This document shows, in pieces, positions 10,723 to 20,718 of a stretch of 64,000 nucleotides of DNA (within the stretch, counting starts at the first letter, position 1; each line of letters opens with the position of its first letter). The notes under the pieces are model-generated. The model made no database searches. It was not told the DNA's origin and was given only the letters and a program-made list of their open reading frames with translations. The stretch is from a virus, in IMG/VR virus record IMGVR_UViG_3300030116_002312, positions 2,260 through 66,259 of that record, one strand, 5' to 3'. Both the position numbers and the translations under genes were made by a program.

Positions 10723-10742
10723 TATTATTTTACATTAACAAT

Positions 10743-10778
10743 AAGGGGGGTACAAGTTTGTTGCCTCCCTTTTTTTTT
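10743..10778 (+). terminator. Rho-independent terminator
   Basis: AGGGGGG...CCTCCCT stem followed by T run. Confidence 0.8.
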
Positions 10779-10788
10779 GCTATATTTG
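10757..10788 (+). promoter_or_regulatory. Bacteroidota promoter overlapping the terminator
   Basis: TTTG (10757)-N20-TATATTTG (10781). Confidence 0.75.
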
Positions 10789-10804
10789 TTGAAAATGTTT
10801 GGAT

Positions 10805-11587
10805 ATGACGATTAATGAGTTATATAAGTTTATACAATTTATAGCAAATAAAGAACAAAGGGGGTTTATAAAACCTTCTGAGTTTAATATGTTAGCTGAA
10901 AGAGCACAGATTGATTTAATACATGATAGAGTTGCTAGATATAAAGGAAAAGATAGACCATCTGAGGTATTAGAGCTAAGTCATTCTGTATTAGATGATA
11001 TAAGAACGGTAGTAGAAAGAAAGTTATTGGTGTTTAATAATATACAAATACCACCTAACTTCGCACCAGATCCTAACCCATTTCCTGAATATGATCCAAA
11101 TAAAAATGGAGCCTTTAGTTATCCTGATGATTATTTACATTTTATATCTATGTTTAAATCTTCTGCTAGTGGAAGGAAGAGTATTAAACTATTAACTTTA
11201 GATCAATTTGCAAAAAGAAGATCAAGTGTTATTGTTCCTATAGATGAAGATAATATGGTTTCTGTAATGATTGATGAGGGTTTTGAGGTTTATGAGAATC
11301 CAACTTCAGATCTTATTGAAACATGGGACTCTGTTAATTTAGAGCCTAATTCACAAAATATATTTTTAGAATATATTAGAAGACCAAAAGCTCCTCATTG
11401 GGGTTATGTTATGGTTAACGACATGTATGTATTTAATCCATCGAGTCCAAATACTGTTGAACTAGAATTGCCAGAAAAAACACACAGTGAGTTAGCACAA
11501 AGAATGCTTTCTTATATAGGTATATCACTTAGAGATAGAGAGCCTTTGGGTTACGCAGAATCAAAAATGAAAGATCAAAAGCAATAA
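10805..11587 (+). CDS. Head-tail adaptor/ring protein
   Basis: MTINELYKFIQFIANKEQRGFIKPSEFN and YIRRPKAPHWGY motifs; ATG at 10805 preferred to TTG at 10799. Confidence 0.6.
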   Translation: MTINELYKFIQFIANKEQRGFIKPSEFNMLAERAQIDLIHDRVARYKGKDRPSEVLELSHSVLDDIRTVVERKLLVFNNIQIPPNFAPDPNPFPEYDPNKNGAFSYPDDYLHFISMFKSSASGRKSIKLLTLDQFAKRRSSVIVPIDEDNMVSVMIDEGFEVYENPTSDLIETWDSVNLEPNSQNIFLEYIRRPKAPHWGYVMVNDMYVFNPSSPNTVELELPEKTHSELAQRMLSYIGISLRDREPLGYAESKMKDQKQ

Positions 11588-11590
11588 TAA

Positions 11591-13147
11591 ATGGCAACAA
11601 GAAAAAGTATAGCAGAACAAGTTTTAAGAATTATAAATGGAGGAGAACTTAATGAAGACTCTAGAATAGAGTTAAGAGATGTTATGCCTTTGGTTGATCA
11701 AGAAAGGGACACATTAATAAAGGCTCAAATAATGGACTCTATGTACACAAAGGGAACAGCTACAGCAAAAAATGAATTGGAGGTTTTGGGTCAATTTTTG
11801 TCATCTAAAGTATTAAGTGTAATAAAAAGTAACACGCAAGAAAGAAGGGGTTTGTTGTTTGCTCAACTACCTGATATAATTTCATTACCTAAAGATATGG
11901 CTGTTCAAAGGGTTGCTTCTATTGTAGATGATGAAGAACTGTCTAACAAACAAAGAAGAGTTTTAGGTGTTACGGTAACAACTCCACTAACTTCAACCTC
12001 AACCCCTGATGTTAATTTTATAAGCCTTACAAATGGACCTTTAAAAATGGATGATAATTACATTATATCATTCAAGATAAATACAGGAGATACTTATAAA
12101 GAACCAAAAGAACATAACATTAGTTTTAATGTTAATACAAAAAAATTTAAAAATACAATATACAGTTGGCAAGGATTAACACAGGCTATATGCTCTAGTG
12201 ATGATTTTAAAAATTTTTTAAAAGACTTTAAATTATCATACAACACAACTAGCACATCAGGCACCACATCTAACATAACTTTAACAGGTCTTTATAATTT
12301 TAAAATTTCAAACTTAACAATTAATTCAGCGGAGTCTGGTGGTAGTCATGGTTTTGTTTACACAGTGCTTGACGCAGATAGTTTATCTCAAGATCAAATA
12401 TCTGACACTTCTTTAGAAATTATAATAAATGACACTCCATACACAATAGATTTTTCTAATGAGGATTGGGGAGATGTTTTAGATTCTTCAGGAAGTGCTA
12501 CTATGAACGTTGAGGACGCACAGTCTTTTTTAGCAAAAGCTTTTGTATTGAAGAATGCAGATAAAATAGCAAAAGAACAAAACATATTAATTTCTACAGA
12601 ATTTACTGGCGAAGGTTCTTACCTTGGTACTGATGGAAATGGTGGATTTTCTGTAGGGTCCCCAATATTTATACAAGAGATAGAGCCTAAGGGTGGATTT
12701 TCCATTGATATCTACAGCCCTGGTGTTGCTAATGCACAGTTGGTGACTGGAACTTATGTTAAATCTTTGAATAGTGATGGAGTTCCTAATGAATTTGGTC
12801 TTTTAAATAACAATGGATATTATCCAGGTAGGTTTAGAAAACCTGTGGTATTTACAAGAATGCCTAGTAGTGGTGTGTATAACACTTTGTATGACAAAGC
12901 TGTTAAAATGAGCGGTAGGGATTACTATTATATAGAAGATCGTTTTATATATTTATACGGAAAGTATAACATTGAAGACACTCAATTTATTAGTGTTAAA
13001 TATATAGCTTCATCCTCTTCTATAAATGACACAGACCCTTATCCAATACCTGCTGACTTTGAGTCTATGATCATAAAAAACCTTGTTCAAATATTTGGTG
13101 TTATGAGGCAAGCTAAAGAAGATATGACTAATGATAACCTTAAATAA
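11591..13147 (+). CDS. Ring/neck protein with large central insertion
   Basis: Adaptor-like termini (YPIPADFESMII) flanking a beta-rich insert. Confidence 0.55.
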   Translation: MATRKSIAEQVLRIINGGELNEDSRIELRDVMPLVDQERDTLIKAQIMDSMYTKGTATAKNELEVLGQFLSSKVLSVIKSNTQERRGLLFAQLPDIISLPKDMAVQRVASIVDDEELSNKQRRVLGVTVTTPLTSTSTPDVNFISLTNGPLKMDDNYIISFKINTGDTYKEPKEHNISFNVNTKKFKNTIYSWQGLTQAICSSDDFKNFLKDFKLSYNTTSTSGTTSNITLTGLYNFKISNLTINSAESGGSHGFVYTVLDADSLSQDQISDTSLEIIINDTPYTIDFSNEDWGDVLDSSGSATMNVEDAQSFLAKAFVLKNADKIAKEQNILISTEFTGEGSYLGTDGNGGFSVGSPIFIQEIEPKGGFSIDIYSPGVANAQLVTGTYVKSLNSDGVPNEFGLLNNNGYYPGRFRKPVVFTRMPSSGVYNTLYDKAVKMSGRDYYYIEDRFIYLYGKYNIEDTQFISVKYIASSSSINDTDPYPIPADFESMIIKNLVQIFGVMRQAKEDMTNDNLK

Positions 13148-13154
13148 ATAAAAG

Positions 13155-13925
13155 ATGAGTTTTAATCAAAATTGGTACGAACAAAATAACAACATGGATT
13201 CAGCACAGTTTGTGTCTATTGAAGATGTTATACAGGATCTTATTGTTGAAGAGGGAAAATCTAGTGAGCATGATTATTTAAGATATTTTAAGATGGCTTT
13301 AAGTGGATTAAAAGAATTAAGTTTTGATACTGTAAGACAAATAAAAACAATAGAGTTATCTTTAGATCACAAAAATACAGTTAGATTGCCATTAGATTAT
13401 GTTTCTTATGTAAAGATAGGTGTTGTAGATGGGTCTGGAGAAATGAATTATTTAGGTCAAAGAACTAAAATAAATTTTGTTCACGGATCTAAATCAACTA
13501 TCGATGATAACGAAACTGATCCACCTATATTTACAGATAATATTCCTGGGGACGGTATACATGGTAGGTTTGGAGAAGGAGGTGGTAATAATGCAAATGG
13601 TTACTACAGAGAAAATTTACAAGAAGGCACTATTGAGTTTTCAAACGCAACAGGATCTATAATATTAGAATATATTTCAGATGGATCTACGGGTCTTTCT
13701 GGAGATGAAATAAAAATACACGCTTTTGCTGAAGAAGCTTTAAAAGCTTACATATATTGGAAGTCTATATATAGAAAAAGAGCAATCAATATGAATGAGA
13801 AGATGGTTGCTAAAAAAGAATTTTATAATCAAAAGAGACTTGCTAGAGCTAGAATGCAGTCGTTTAATAAAGAAGAGGCTTTACAGACTACAAGAAAAGC
13901 ATTTAAGCAGGCTCCAAAACTTTAG
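13155..13925 (+). CDS. Ring/tail tubular protein
   Basis: LPLDYVSYVKIG and ILEYISDG motifs; position before nozzle. Confidence 0.55.
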   Translation: MSFNQNWYEQNNNMDSAQFVSIEDVIQDLIVEEGKSSEHDYLRYFKMALSGLKELSFDTVRQIKTIELSLDHKNTVRLPLDYVSYVKIGVVDGSGEMNYLGQRTKINFVHGSKSTIDDNETDPPIFTDNIPGDGIHGRFGEGGGNNANGYYRENLQEGTIEFSNATGSIILEYISDGSTGLSGDEIKIHAFAEEALKAYIYWKSIYRKRAINMNEKMVAKKEFYNQKRLARARMQSFNKEEALQTTRKAFKQAPKL

Positions 13926-13929
13926 ATAA

Positions 13930-16900
13930 ATGCCTAGTCAACAATTAAAAAGAGTATTTGTAGGTGGACTAGACAAGGACACCGATCCTAGACTATTGAA
14001 GAATGGTGATTATCACTATGCTTTAAATATAAGGAATATATCTTCTGAGTCAAACACAGAAGGTGTTATAGAGAATATAAAGGGAAATAAAATAGTTTCT
14101 TATGAGTTTCCTAATTTAGTTGGTAAGTGTACACCACAAAGAACAGTTCTTTTTATGCCATCTAATAATTATATATCTAATTATTCTAACTGGCCAGAGG
14201 CATATGATTATGTAATACAACAAAACCCTTCAGCATATTTTAATGGTCAATTAATAGATAACCCTATATCATCATACGTTTCAGATACAGAACAGGGTTA
14301 CTATGCCGCAACTTTTAATATAGGACTTACATCTTCTTTATCAAATATAAATACTCCAGAAATACAAGCTCCTATAGAATATGAAGGATCTACTGCTGAA
14401 AATCAATTACTTTACTTAACAGCTTTTGTAGAAACTTATGGAGCAATGTTTTCAAATGCAGGGGTAACAGTTACTGTAATAAATAACAACTCAGAATATT
14501 GGAATGATGAAGATTGGTTTGACAACCCTAACCTTATAACAAGTAATCCTAACTACACTCCTGGTCAAATATATGCTTACGCTTTATTGTTTGAAGGGAA
14601 TTGTAGTGCTGTTTCTGTTAATCAATTTTATATAAATATATTAACTCAAGGAAGCCCTGATGTTAACATTGTAAATGGACCATATGGAGATAGTGAACAG
14701 CTGAACACACCTGATAATGGTTTAGTTTCAATGGGTTGGAATATAGTAGATCAGGCAAACAAAAACTATATGGAAGGTGCAGCCACAGCTTTAACAAACC
14801 TAGGTCAACACCCAGATATAACACCTGTAAATTATAGTTGTATAGGTTATTATGAAGACACTAAAAACGATCAAATATATTATATGATAGCTAGTGATCC
14901 TGGAGCAGGACTTCATCATATACTAAGATATGATTTACAAACTAATACTATACAAACTATTTTTAGAGATAGTGGTAATCCAGGAACAAGTGTATTTAAT
15001 TGGAGAAAAGAGTTTTTAATAAATGATATTGATAAAATAGGAGATATACTTTATTGGACCTCAAGACAGTATGGAGAACCTAATGCACTTAATGTTGTGA
15101 AATCTAGAGCTAGTATGGCTTTGATTGATGGTATAGTGGGAGATTATCAAGTTAATGAAGAAGGTGTTGTTACTGGTTATTCATTAAGTGATTATTATCC
15201 ATATCAACTATACAGCCCAACTTACCCAGCGGCAGATAAAAAGCAATATGTGGAGTTAATTAAAAGACCTCCACTTGATTATCCTACATACACATACGCA
15301 ACCGATCCAAATTTTAAAAAGAATAACTTACACGGTAGCATGTGGCAGTTTAAATATAGATATCATTTTTACGATAAAGAAGTGAGTGCATGGTCCCCTA
15401 TTAGTGACATCGCTCTTTCTCAAGTTAGTATGAATAACATACCTCAGGAAAACAATCAATCATCAGACAATAAAATAGAGGTAACTGTAAAGAACTCTTC
15501 AGGTATTGTTGAGTTTATAGAAATAGCTGTATTAAAATGTAAAGACCTTGGGAATTTTTCAAAAGGTAATAGAGGTGACTTTAAAAGTATGGCTAAAATA
15601 AAAAATGACTACGGTTCTTGGTTGATAGATCAAGACTCCACACAAACAGTTAGTTTTTATAATGATAAAATGTACACTAATGTAGATAGCGTAGAAAGTA
15701 CAAAATTATTTGATAACGTTCCTAGATCTGCTACAACACAAACTATTTTGTCTAACAATAGATTAGCTTTTGGTAATTATACAGAAGGTTTTGATGTCCC
15801 TTTAACAGATACTTTGTTAACACCTCAATACGGTTTTACATCTAACCCAACAGCTTTAACAGGTGAAGAGGCACAATCCATTGTTTTATTTCCTTATTGG
15901 ACTAACAACCAACAATCTAACACTAATGATTTAGCTTATACACTTGGTAGTATTTTAAATATAACAAATGCACCAACTTTAACTATAGACCCTAGCACAA
16001 ACCAAAGTGATGAAGATACTATTAATGCTTGGTGGGGGTCAGATCCATTAGGCCTTGGTAACCCACTAGGTACTGACACAGATTCAGATGGGTTTATAGA
16101 CACCATAGCTAGTGATAGTACAGCCAATATAAGCTTTAGCTCTCACAGTTTAAATACAGTAGGTCAATCAACACAGGTTGTTATTGATTCTTCAACCCCA
16201 ACTTTATCAGAGTCCACTACCGATAACCCACTTGGAAATGGTGTATATACTGGTTCTAATGCGGGTGATGTTACAGGTTTTCCTAGAGTTAAATTATTAT
16301 TTAATTTTGGGTTAGTTAATTGGGGTGATGGTGCTACAATTAATATAGATCTTAACTGGAAGTTTAGAGTAAGAAGAGAATTTAACCAACTAGGTACAGC
16401 TAAAGCTCAAGACTCTCAAGAACATGTTTGTCGATTTAATTATAACATTCAAACTCTTCCTGGAGAAACAGATGTGGCTACACAAATGAGTCACGTTGCG
16501 GAACAGTTAAGAGCTGCACTAAATCCTGTCACAGGTAGTGATATACCATCTTATAATGATGAATCTGATATAGATGGACTAGGAACTGATAAGCCAGAAC
16601 AAGCAAGTGATTATGACTTTTCTTGGCACAAAAGGCCTATTGTTGATGGTACTACATTAATATTAGAGTGGGTGGCCCCAAAGAAAAATGTATTTCCTGG
16701 AGACCCCCCTAACTTAAGTTCGTATGAATATAGAATGGTTAGTTCTAACGGTAGTAATGTTCCTGGATATAGTTTTTTAATAAATAATATTAATGCTAAT
16801 TTACCAGGATCTAACAATAATTTTAAAAATACAGCACAACTTACTTATGCTACAACACCTTACAATCAATATGGTGGGGGTATAAATTCTGTATCTTCTT

Positions 16901-19512
16901 TTAAGAGTGGAGCTTTTCATAATTTTGGTCTTGTTTATTACGATGAAAAAGGTAGGTGTTCTACGGTTCTTGTAGACGATGAATCAAAAACTTATGTTAA
17001 GTTTCCTACAGAAAGAACAAATGCGGATGTAGATATAGACAATGATCTTATAGATGAAGCTAATATAGACATTAACGGTCCTGTTAGTATACTATGGAAA
17101 ATAAATCATCAAGCTCCTGATTGGGCTAGTCATTATAGATGGTTTTATTCTAGAAATAATACTGTTGATGAGTTTGTTCAGTTTAGAGCATTAAAGGCTT
17201 ACGTTAATCAAAGTGATGCTGTTGATGATGATCGTATATATATAAGCATGGCTGGATTGAAAGGTAGATCAGATTCTTACATACCTCTTGATGCTGTTAG
17301 TGAAGAAGGGGTTCCTAATCCAGACGTTAATATATTTGACTATAGATTTGTAAAAGGCGATAGAGTTCGTTTTATAACAACAGGTAGTCAGTCTGCTATA
17401 TCTCCAACTCAAGAACAAAATGAACTTATATCAGATCAATATATAGATGTTCATGTATCAGGCTTTAAATATTACAGTGCCTTTGACGAGGCTGTTCCTA
17501 TACAAAATGCTTCAGAATTAAACATATTAGCTTCAGATGGATCAGAGGATGGGTACTTTTTAATTGTACGTGAGGTTAAAGATGCTCAAGGTAATACTAT
17601 TCCTGGGTATTCTAAACAAGATGTTATAAATGGCACGGATAATTTTAGACAAGCTATTTTAGAAATATATAGACCGAAAGAAGAAACAGGCCCCGAAGAA
17701 ACTTTATACTATGAGTTTGGTAAAAAGTATGAAATAGACAAGGCTTCTGGTAGACATAGGGCCCCTATTGCGGATCAAGGTGGTGTTTTTACAGAAGATG
17801 TTTTTGGTAATGTCACATCAAACACGCCAGCGGTAGGTCAGTTTACAACGGGTGATGTTTATTATAAGTCTAGAATAATGCAGCAGGAAACAGGAGCGGA
17901 CATTCCTTTTAGTGTGGAAGATTATTATTTAAACGATTATCAAGAAACAAATCACTTTAGTATAGGAAGGGTTAATATATATTCGGTAAACTATAAAGAA
18001 GATAATAGAGAAGCCTCTATTACCTATTCAGATGTTTACCAACCAGATACAGCTTACAATGGACTAAACTCATTTAATCTATCTTTATTTAATTGGGAAG
18101 ATTATGACAGAGTAGATGGTGGTATACAAAAAATAGAATCTAGAGACACCGATCTTATAATGATTCAAGAAGATGAAACTTATAGAATACCTGTTGAAAA
18201 GGATGTTATCTTTAATGCTAAAGGTGACGCTAACGTTGCTTTATCTAATAAGATACTTGGAAAAAGAACTTTCTTTTTTGGTAAATATGGTATAAGTAAA
18301 AACCCAGAGTCTTTTGTAAAAAATGGTAATATTTTTTATTGGACTGATATAAAAAGAGGAGCTGTGTTAAGATTATCTAGAGATGGTATTACAGTTATAT
18401 CAGATCTTAAAATGTCAGATTATTTTAGAGATAGATCAAATGATTATGATAAGTATGATCCACAGTATAATTGGTCGTTAAGTTTTGGTTCTATAACAGG
18501 TGCTATGTTAATGTCAGACAATAAACACTTTAGAATTAAAGGTGGTTATAATCCTAAACACAATGAGTATATTATACAGTTTCCTGAGATCATGCAAAAC
18601 CAAGATGAGTGGGAATATTATGAAACTGTTTTTGAGGGATCTGATGAAGAGTGGCAAGATTTCTTACTAGATCATACAACAATAACAGAGGGTTCTGTAG
18701 TTTCTTTTGCTGAAAAACAAAAAAGATGGTTAACATTTTATTCTCATGTTGCTGATTATTATGGTAAAATAAATAGAAAGTTTGTATCATGGAAAGACGC
18801 AGGTCTTTATATTCACGATGAAGATGAAGAAAACTACAATACATTCTACGGAGAGTTGTATCAAACAATGTTAGATTTTTATTTTAACAAAGGACCATCT
18901 TCAGTAAAAGGATATAAGTCAATCACATTAGAATCTACACAAACTACAAATGTAGGACTAACCACTGATCTTTGTTCAACGTCTATAAATCAAAACAACT
19001 TTGATGAAAGAGAAGGTAAGCTTTATGCACAAATACCGTTTGTAACCCAAAATGGAGTGGGTGGAGAGATTATTGGTGTTGGTACGGGGTCTACTACGAC
19101 AGATGATAATGACGTTCTTACATCCACTATAATTGGCTCAGGTACAAGTTTTACTAATTCTAACCTTATAATAGGAACATCTGACGATCCTACATCAAAC
19201 GAATACGGAGATCAACTTTTCTACTTTGATGAAGAAACTCAACAAAACGTTTTAGTCGGAACAATATCCGCTGTAGTAAGTGATACAGAATTAACCCTAG
19301 TGGAGCCCCCAACAACACTTGATGAAGATGGTAACGTTATAGATTTAACGTTTGATGGATTCTTTTTATTTGTTGTTAGAAATGCTTTTGCAGAGGGAGA
19401 TAGAGTAAAAGGTAGGTTTATGGAGACAAGATTAAGTAAACTATCTAATCAGCCAATAGAAATATTTAGCGTTGGCTCTACTGTATTCAACAGTGAACTT
19501 AGTGATGATTAA
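13930..19512 (+). CDS. Tail nozzle/muzzle (stabilisation) protein
   Basis: GGLDKDTDPRLLKNGDYHYALNI, NRLAFGNY, YGISKNPESF, YWTDIKRGAVLRLSRDGIT motifs. Confidence 0.72.
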   Translation: MPSQQLKRVFVGGLDKDTDPRLLKNGDYHYALNIRNISSESNTEGVIENIKGNKIVSYEFPNLVGKCTPQRTVLFMPSNNYISNYSNWPEAYDYVIQQNPSAYFNGQLIDNPISSYVSDTEQGYYAATFNIGLTSSLSNINTPEIQAPIEYEGSTAENQLLYLTAFVETYGAMFSNAGVTVTVINNNSEYWNDEDWFDNPNLITSNPNYTPGQIYAYALLFEGNCSAVSVNQFYINILTQGSPDVNIVNGPYGDSEQLNTPDNGLVSMGWNIVDQANKNYMEGAATALTNLGQHPDITPVNYSCIGYYEDTKNDQIYYMIASDPGAGLHHILRYDLQTNTIQTIFRDSGNPGTSVFNWRKEFLINDIDKIGDILYWTSRQYGEPNALNVVKSRASMALIDGIVGDYQVNEEGVVTGYSLSDYYPYQLYSPTYPAADKKQYVELIKRPPLDYPTYTYATDPNFKKNNLHGSMWQFKYRYHFYDKEVSAWSPISDIALSQVSMNNIPQENNQSSDNKIEVTVKNSSGIVEFIEIAVLKCKDLGNFSKGNRGDFKSMAKIKNDYGSWLIDQDSTQTVSFYNDKMYTNVDSVESTKLFDNVPRSATTQTILSNNRLAFGNYTEGFDVPLTDTLLTPQYGFTSNPTALTGEEAQSIVLFPYWTNNQQSNTNDLAYTLGSILNITNAPTLTIDPSTNQSDEDTINAWWGSDPLGLGNPLGTDTDSDGFIDTIASDSTANISFSSHSLNTVGQSTQVVIDSSTPTLSESTTDNPLGNGVYTGSNAGDVTGFPRVKLLFNFGLVNWGDGATINIDLNWKFRVRREFNQLGTAKAQDSQEHVCRFNYNIQTLPGETDVATQMSHVAEQLRAALNPVTGSDIPSYNDESDIDGLGTDKPEQASDYDFSWHKRPIVDGTTLILEWVAPKKNVFPGDPPNLSSYEYRMVSSNGSNVPGYSFLINNINANLPGSNNNFKNTAQLTYATTPYNQYGGGINSVSSFKSGAFHNFGLVYYDEKGRCSTVLVDDESKTYVKFPTERTNADVDIDNDLIDEANIDINGPVSILWKINHQAPDWASHYRWFYSRNNTVDEFVQFRALKAYVNQSDAVDDDRIYISMAGLKGRSDSYIPLDAVSEEGVPNPDVNIFDYRFVKGDRVRFITTGSQSAISPTQEQNELISDQYIDVHVSGFKYYSAFDEAVPIQNASELNILASDGSEDGYFLIVREVKDAQGNTIPGYSKQDVINGTDNFRQAILEIYRPKEETGPEETLYYEFGKKYEIDKASGRHRAPIADQGGVFTEDVFGNVTSNTPAVGQFTTGDVYYKSRIMQQETGADIPFSVEDYYLNDYQETNHFSIGRVNIYSVNYKEDNREASITYSDVYQPDTAYNGLNSFNLSLFNWEDYDRVDGGIQKIESRDTDLIMIQEDETYRIPVEKDVIFNAKGDANVALSNKILGKRTFFFGKYGISKNPESFVKNGNIFYWTDIKRGAVLRLSRDGITVISDLKMSDYFRDRSNDYDKYDPQYNWSLSFGSITGAMLMSDNKHFRIKGGYNPKHNEYIIQFPEIMQNQDEWEYYETVFEGSDEEWQDFLLDHTTITEGSVVSFAEKQKRWLTFYSHVADYYGKINRKFVSWKDAGLYIHDEDEENYNTFYGELYQTMLDFYFNKGPSSVKGYKSITLESTQTTNVGLTTDLCSTSINQNNFDEREGKLYAQIPFVTQNGVGGEIIGVGTGSTTTDDNDVLTSTIIGSGTSFTNSNLIIGTSDDPTSNEYGDQLFYFDEETQQNVLVGTISAVVSDTELTLVEPPTTLDEDGNVIDLTFDGFFLFVVRNAFAEGDRVKGRFMETRLSKLSNQPIEIFSVGSTVFNSELSDD

Positions 19513-19544
19513 CTTGTTTAAATAATTTTAAAAAACTATATTTG
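19513..19544 (+). promoter_or_regulatory. Bacteroidota promoter for internal virion protein operon
   Basis: CTTG-N20-TATATTTG (19537). Confidence 0.7.
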
Positions 19545-19556
19545 TAAATATTTATT

Positions 19557-20714
19557 ATGAAAAATAGAAAAGTATATAGACCAGGAGGAATGCCTACTTA
19601 TAGAGCGGGGGGTAAAACATACTCTACAAAAAAGTATAAAAAGAACCCTAGAAAGGCTGAGGATGGTTTTATGAATTTTTTAAGTTCGTTTATGAGCAAC
19701 CCTTTAGTTGATATGGGTAGCGACCTTCTTGGTTATGGTTTACAGTATGCTGCTACACAACAACAACAACAAGCATTACAAGACGCTTTAGCTAATGTTC
19801 AAAACCCAAGTCAGGTTATAGGTGAGTTTGATGATAATTTAGTTAACATTCTTACTCCAGACCCAAGTGCTACAATACAAGATAGAATTAGTCAGGTTGA
19901 AGGAAGAGGCACAGATGTGGAAATAGACACCACAGCTTTGGATGATCAAAGAAGTGCTCAAGAACAAACAACAGCAAATGTTTTAGCAAACTTAAGTAGG
20001 AGCGGAACAAAAGGAACAGCTGGATTGAGTCAGGTTTTAGATGCACAAAATAAATCTGATTTAGGATTAACTACTCAAGCTTTAAATATAGAGGCACAAG
20101 AGGCTCAATTAGAAGAGGCTGCTAAAAAAGCTAAAGAAGCTGATATAACAGCATTGTCAACTGCTCTTGGTGGCCAGGAGTTTCAAGCAGACAAAGCGAT
20201 GTCTGATATATATAAACAAGAACTTGAAAGCACCGCAGATTTAGAAACAGCTATAATGATAGCTCAACTACAAAATGTTGGTGCTGGATCAACGATGTTA
20301 GGAAATATACTAACATCTAAAGATGGAAGTATAGTCCCTAAGTATGAAGAGGGTGGTCAGAATGAAGAGGTAATGGAAGAGGGTGGAGAAAATAAAGATA
20401 TGATGGAAGCTGGTCAACCAGAGGTTTCTCCAGGTGAAGAAGAACATTCAACAAACCCTATAGATCTTGTTAGAGATGGGGAGAAGATAGGAGAAATGAC
20501 AGGTGGTGAAGTTATTATGCCATCTAAAGATGTTGAAGTTTTAGAAAAATTATTGTCAAATCAAAATGCTGATGGGGTTATGGAGTTAATGGCTACATTA
20601 ATGACGAAGTGGACTAAAGAAGCTATGGAGCATCAAGAAAAACAAATAGGTGGAACTAAAAACGCTAAAGGCGGAATGAGAATGTATAAGCCTACGGGCA
20701 AAATAAATTACTAA
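19557..20714 (+). CDS. Internal virion/ejection protein
   Basis: A/Q-rich helical region, several [YFAM]xxGG motifs, EMTGGEVIM. Confidence 0.6.
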   Translation: MKNRKVYRPGGMPTYRAGGKTYSTKKYKKNPRKAEDGFMNFLSSFMSNPLVDMGSDLLGYGLQYAATQQQQQALQDALANVQNPSQVIGEFDDNLVNILTPDPSATIQDRISQVEGRGTDVEIDTTALDDQRSAQEQTTANVLANLSRSGTKGTAGLSQVLDAQNKSDLGLTTQALNIEAQEAQLEEAAKKAKEADITALSTALGGQEFQADKAMSDIYKQELESTADLETAIMIAQLQNVGAGSTMLGNILTSKDGSIVPKYEEGGQNEEVMEEGGENKDMMEAGQPEVSPGEEEHSTNPIDLVRDGEKIGEMTGGEVIMPSKDVEVLEKLLSNQNADGVMELMATLMTKWTKEAMEHQEKQIGGTKNAKGGMRMYKPTGKINY

Positions 20715-20718
20715 TAAA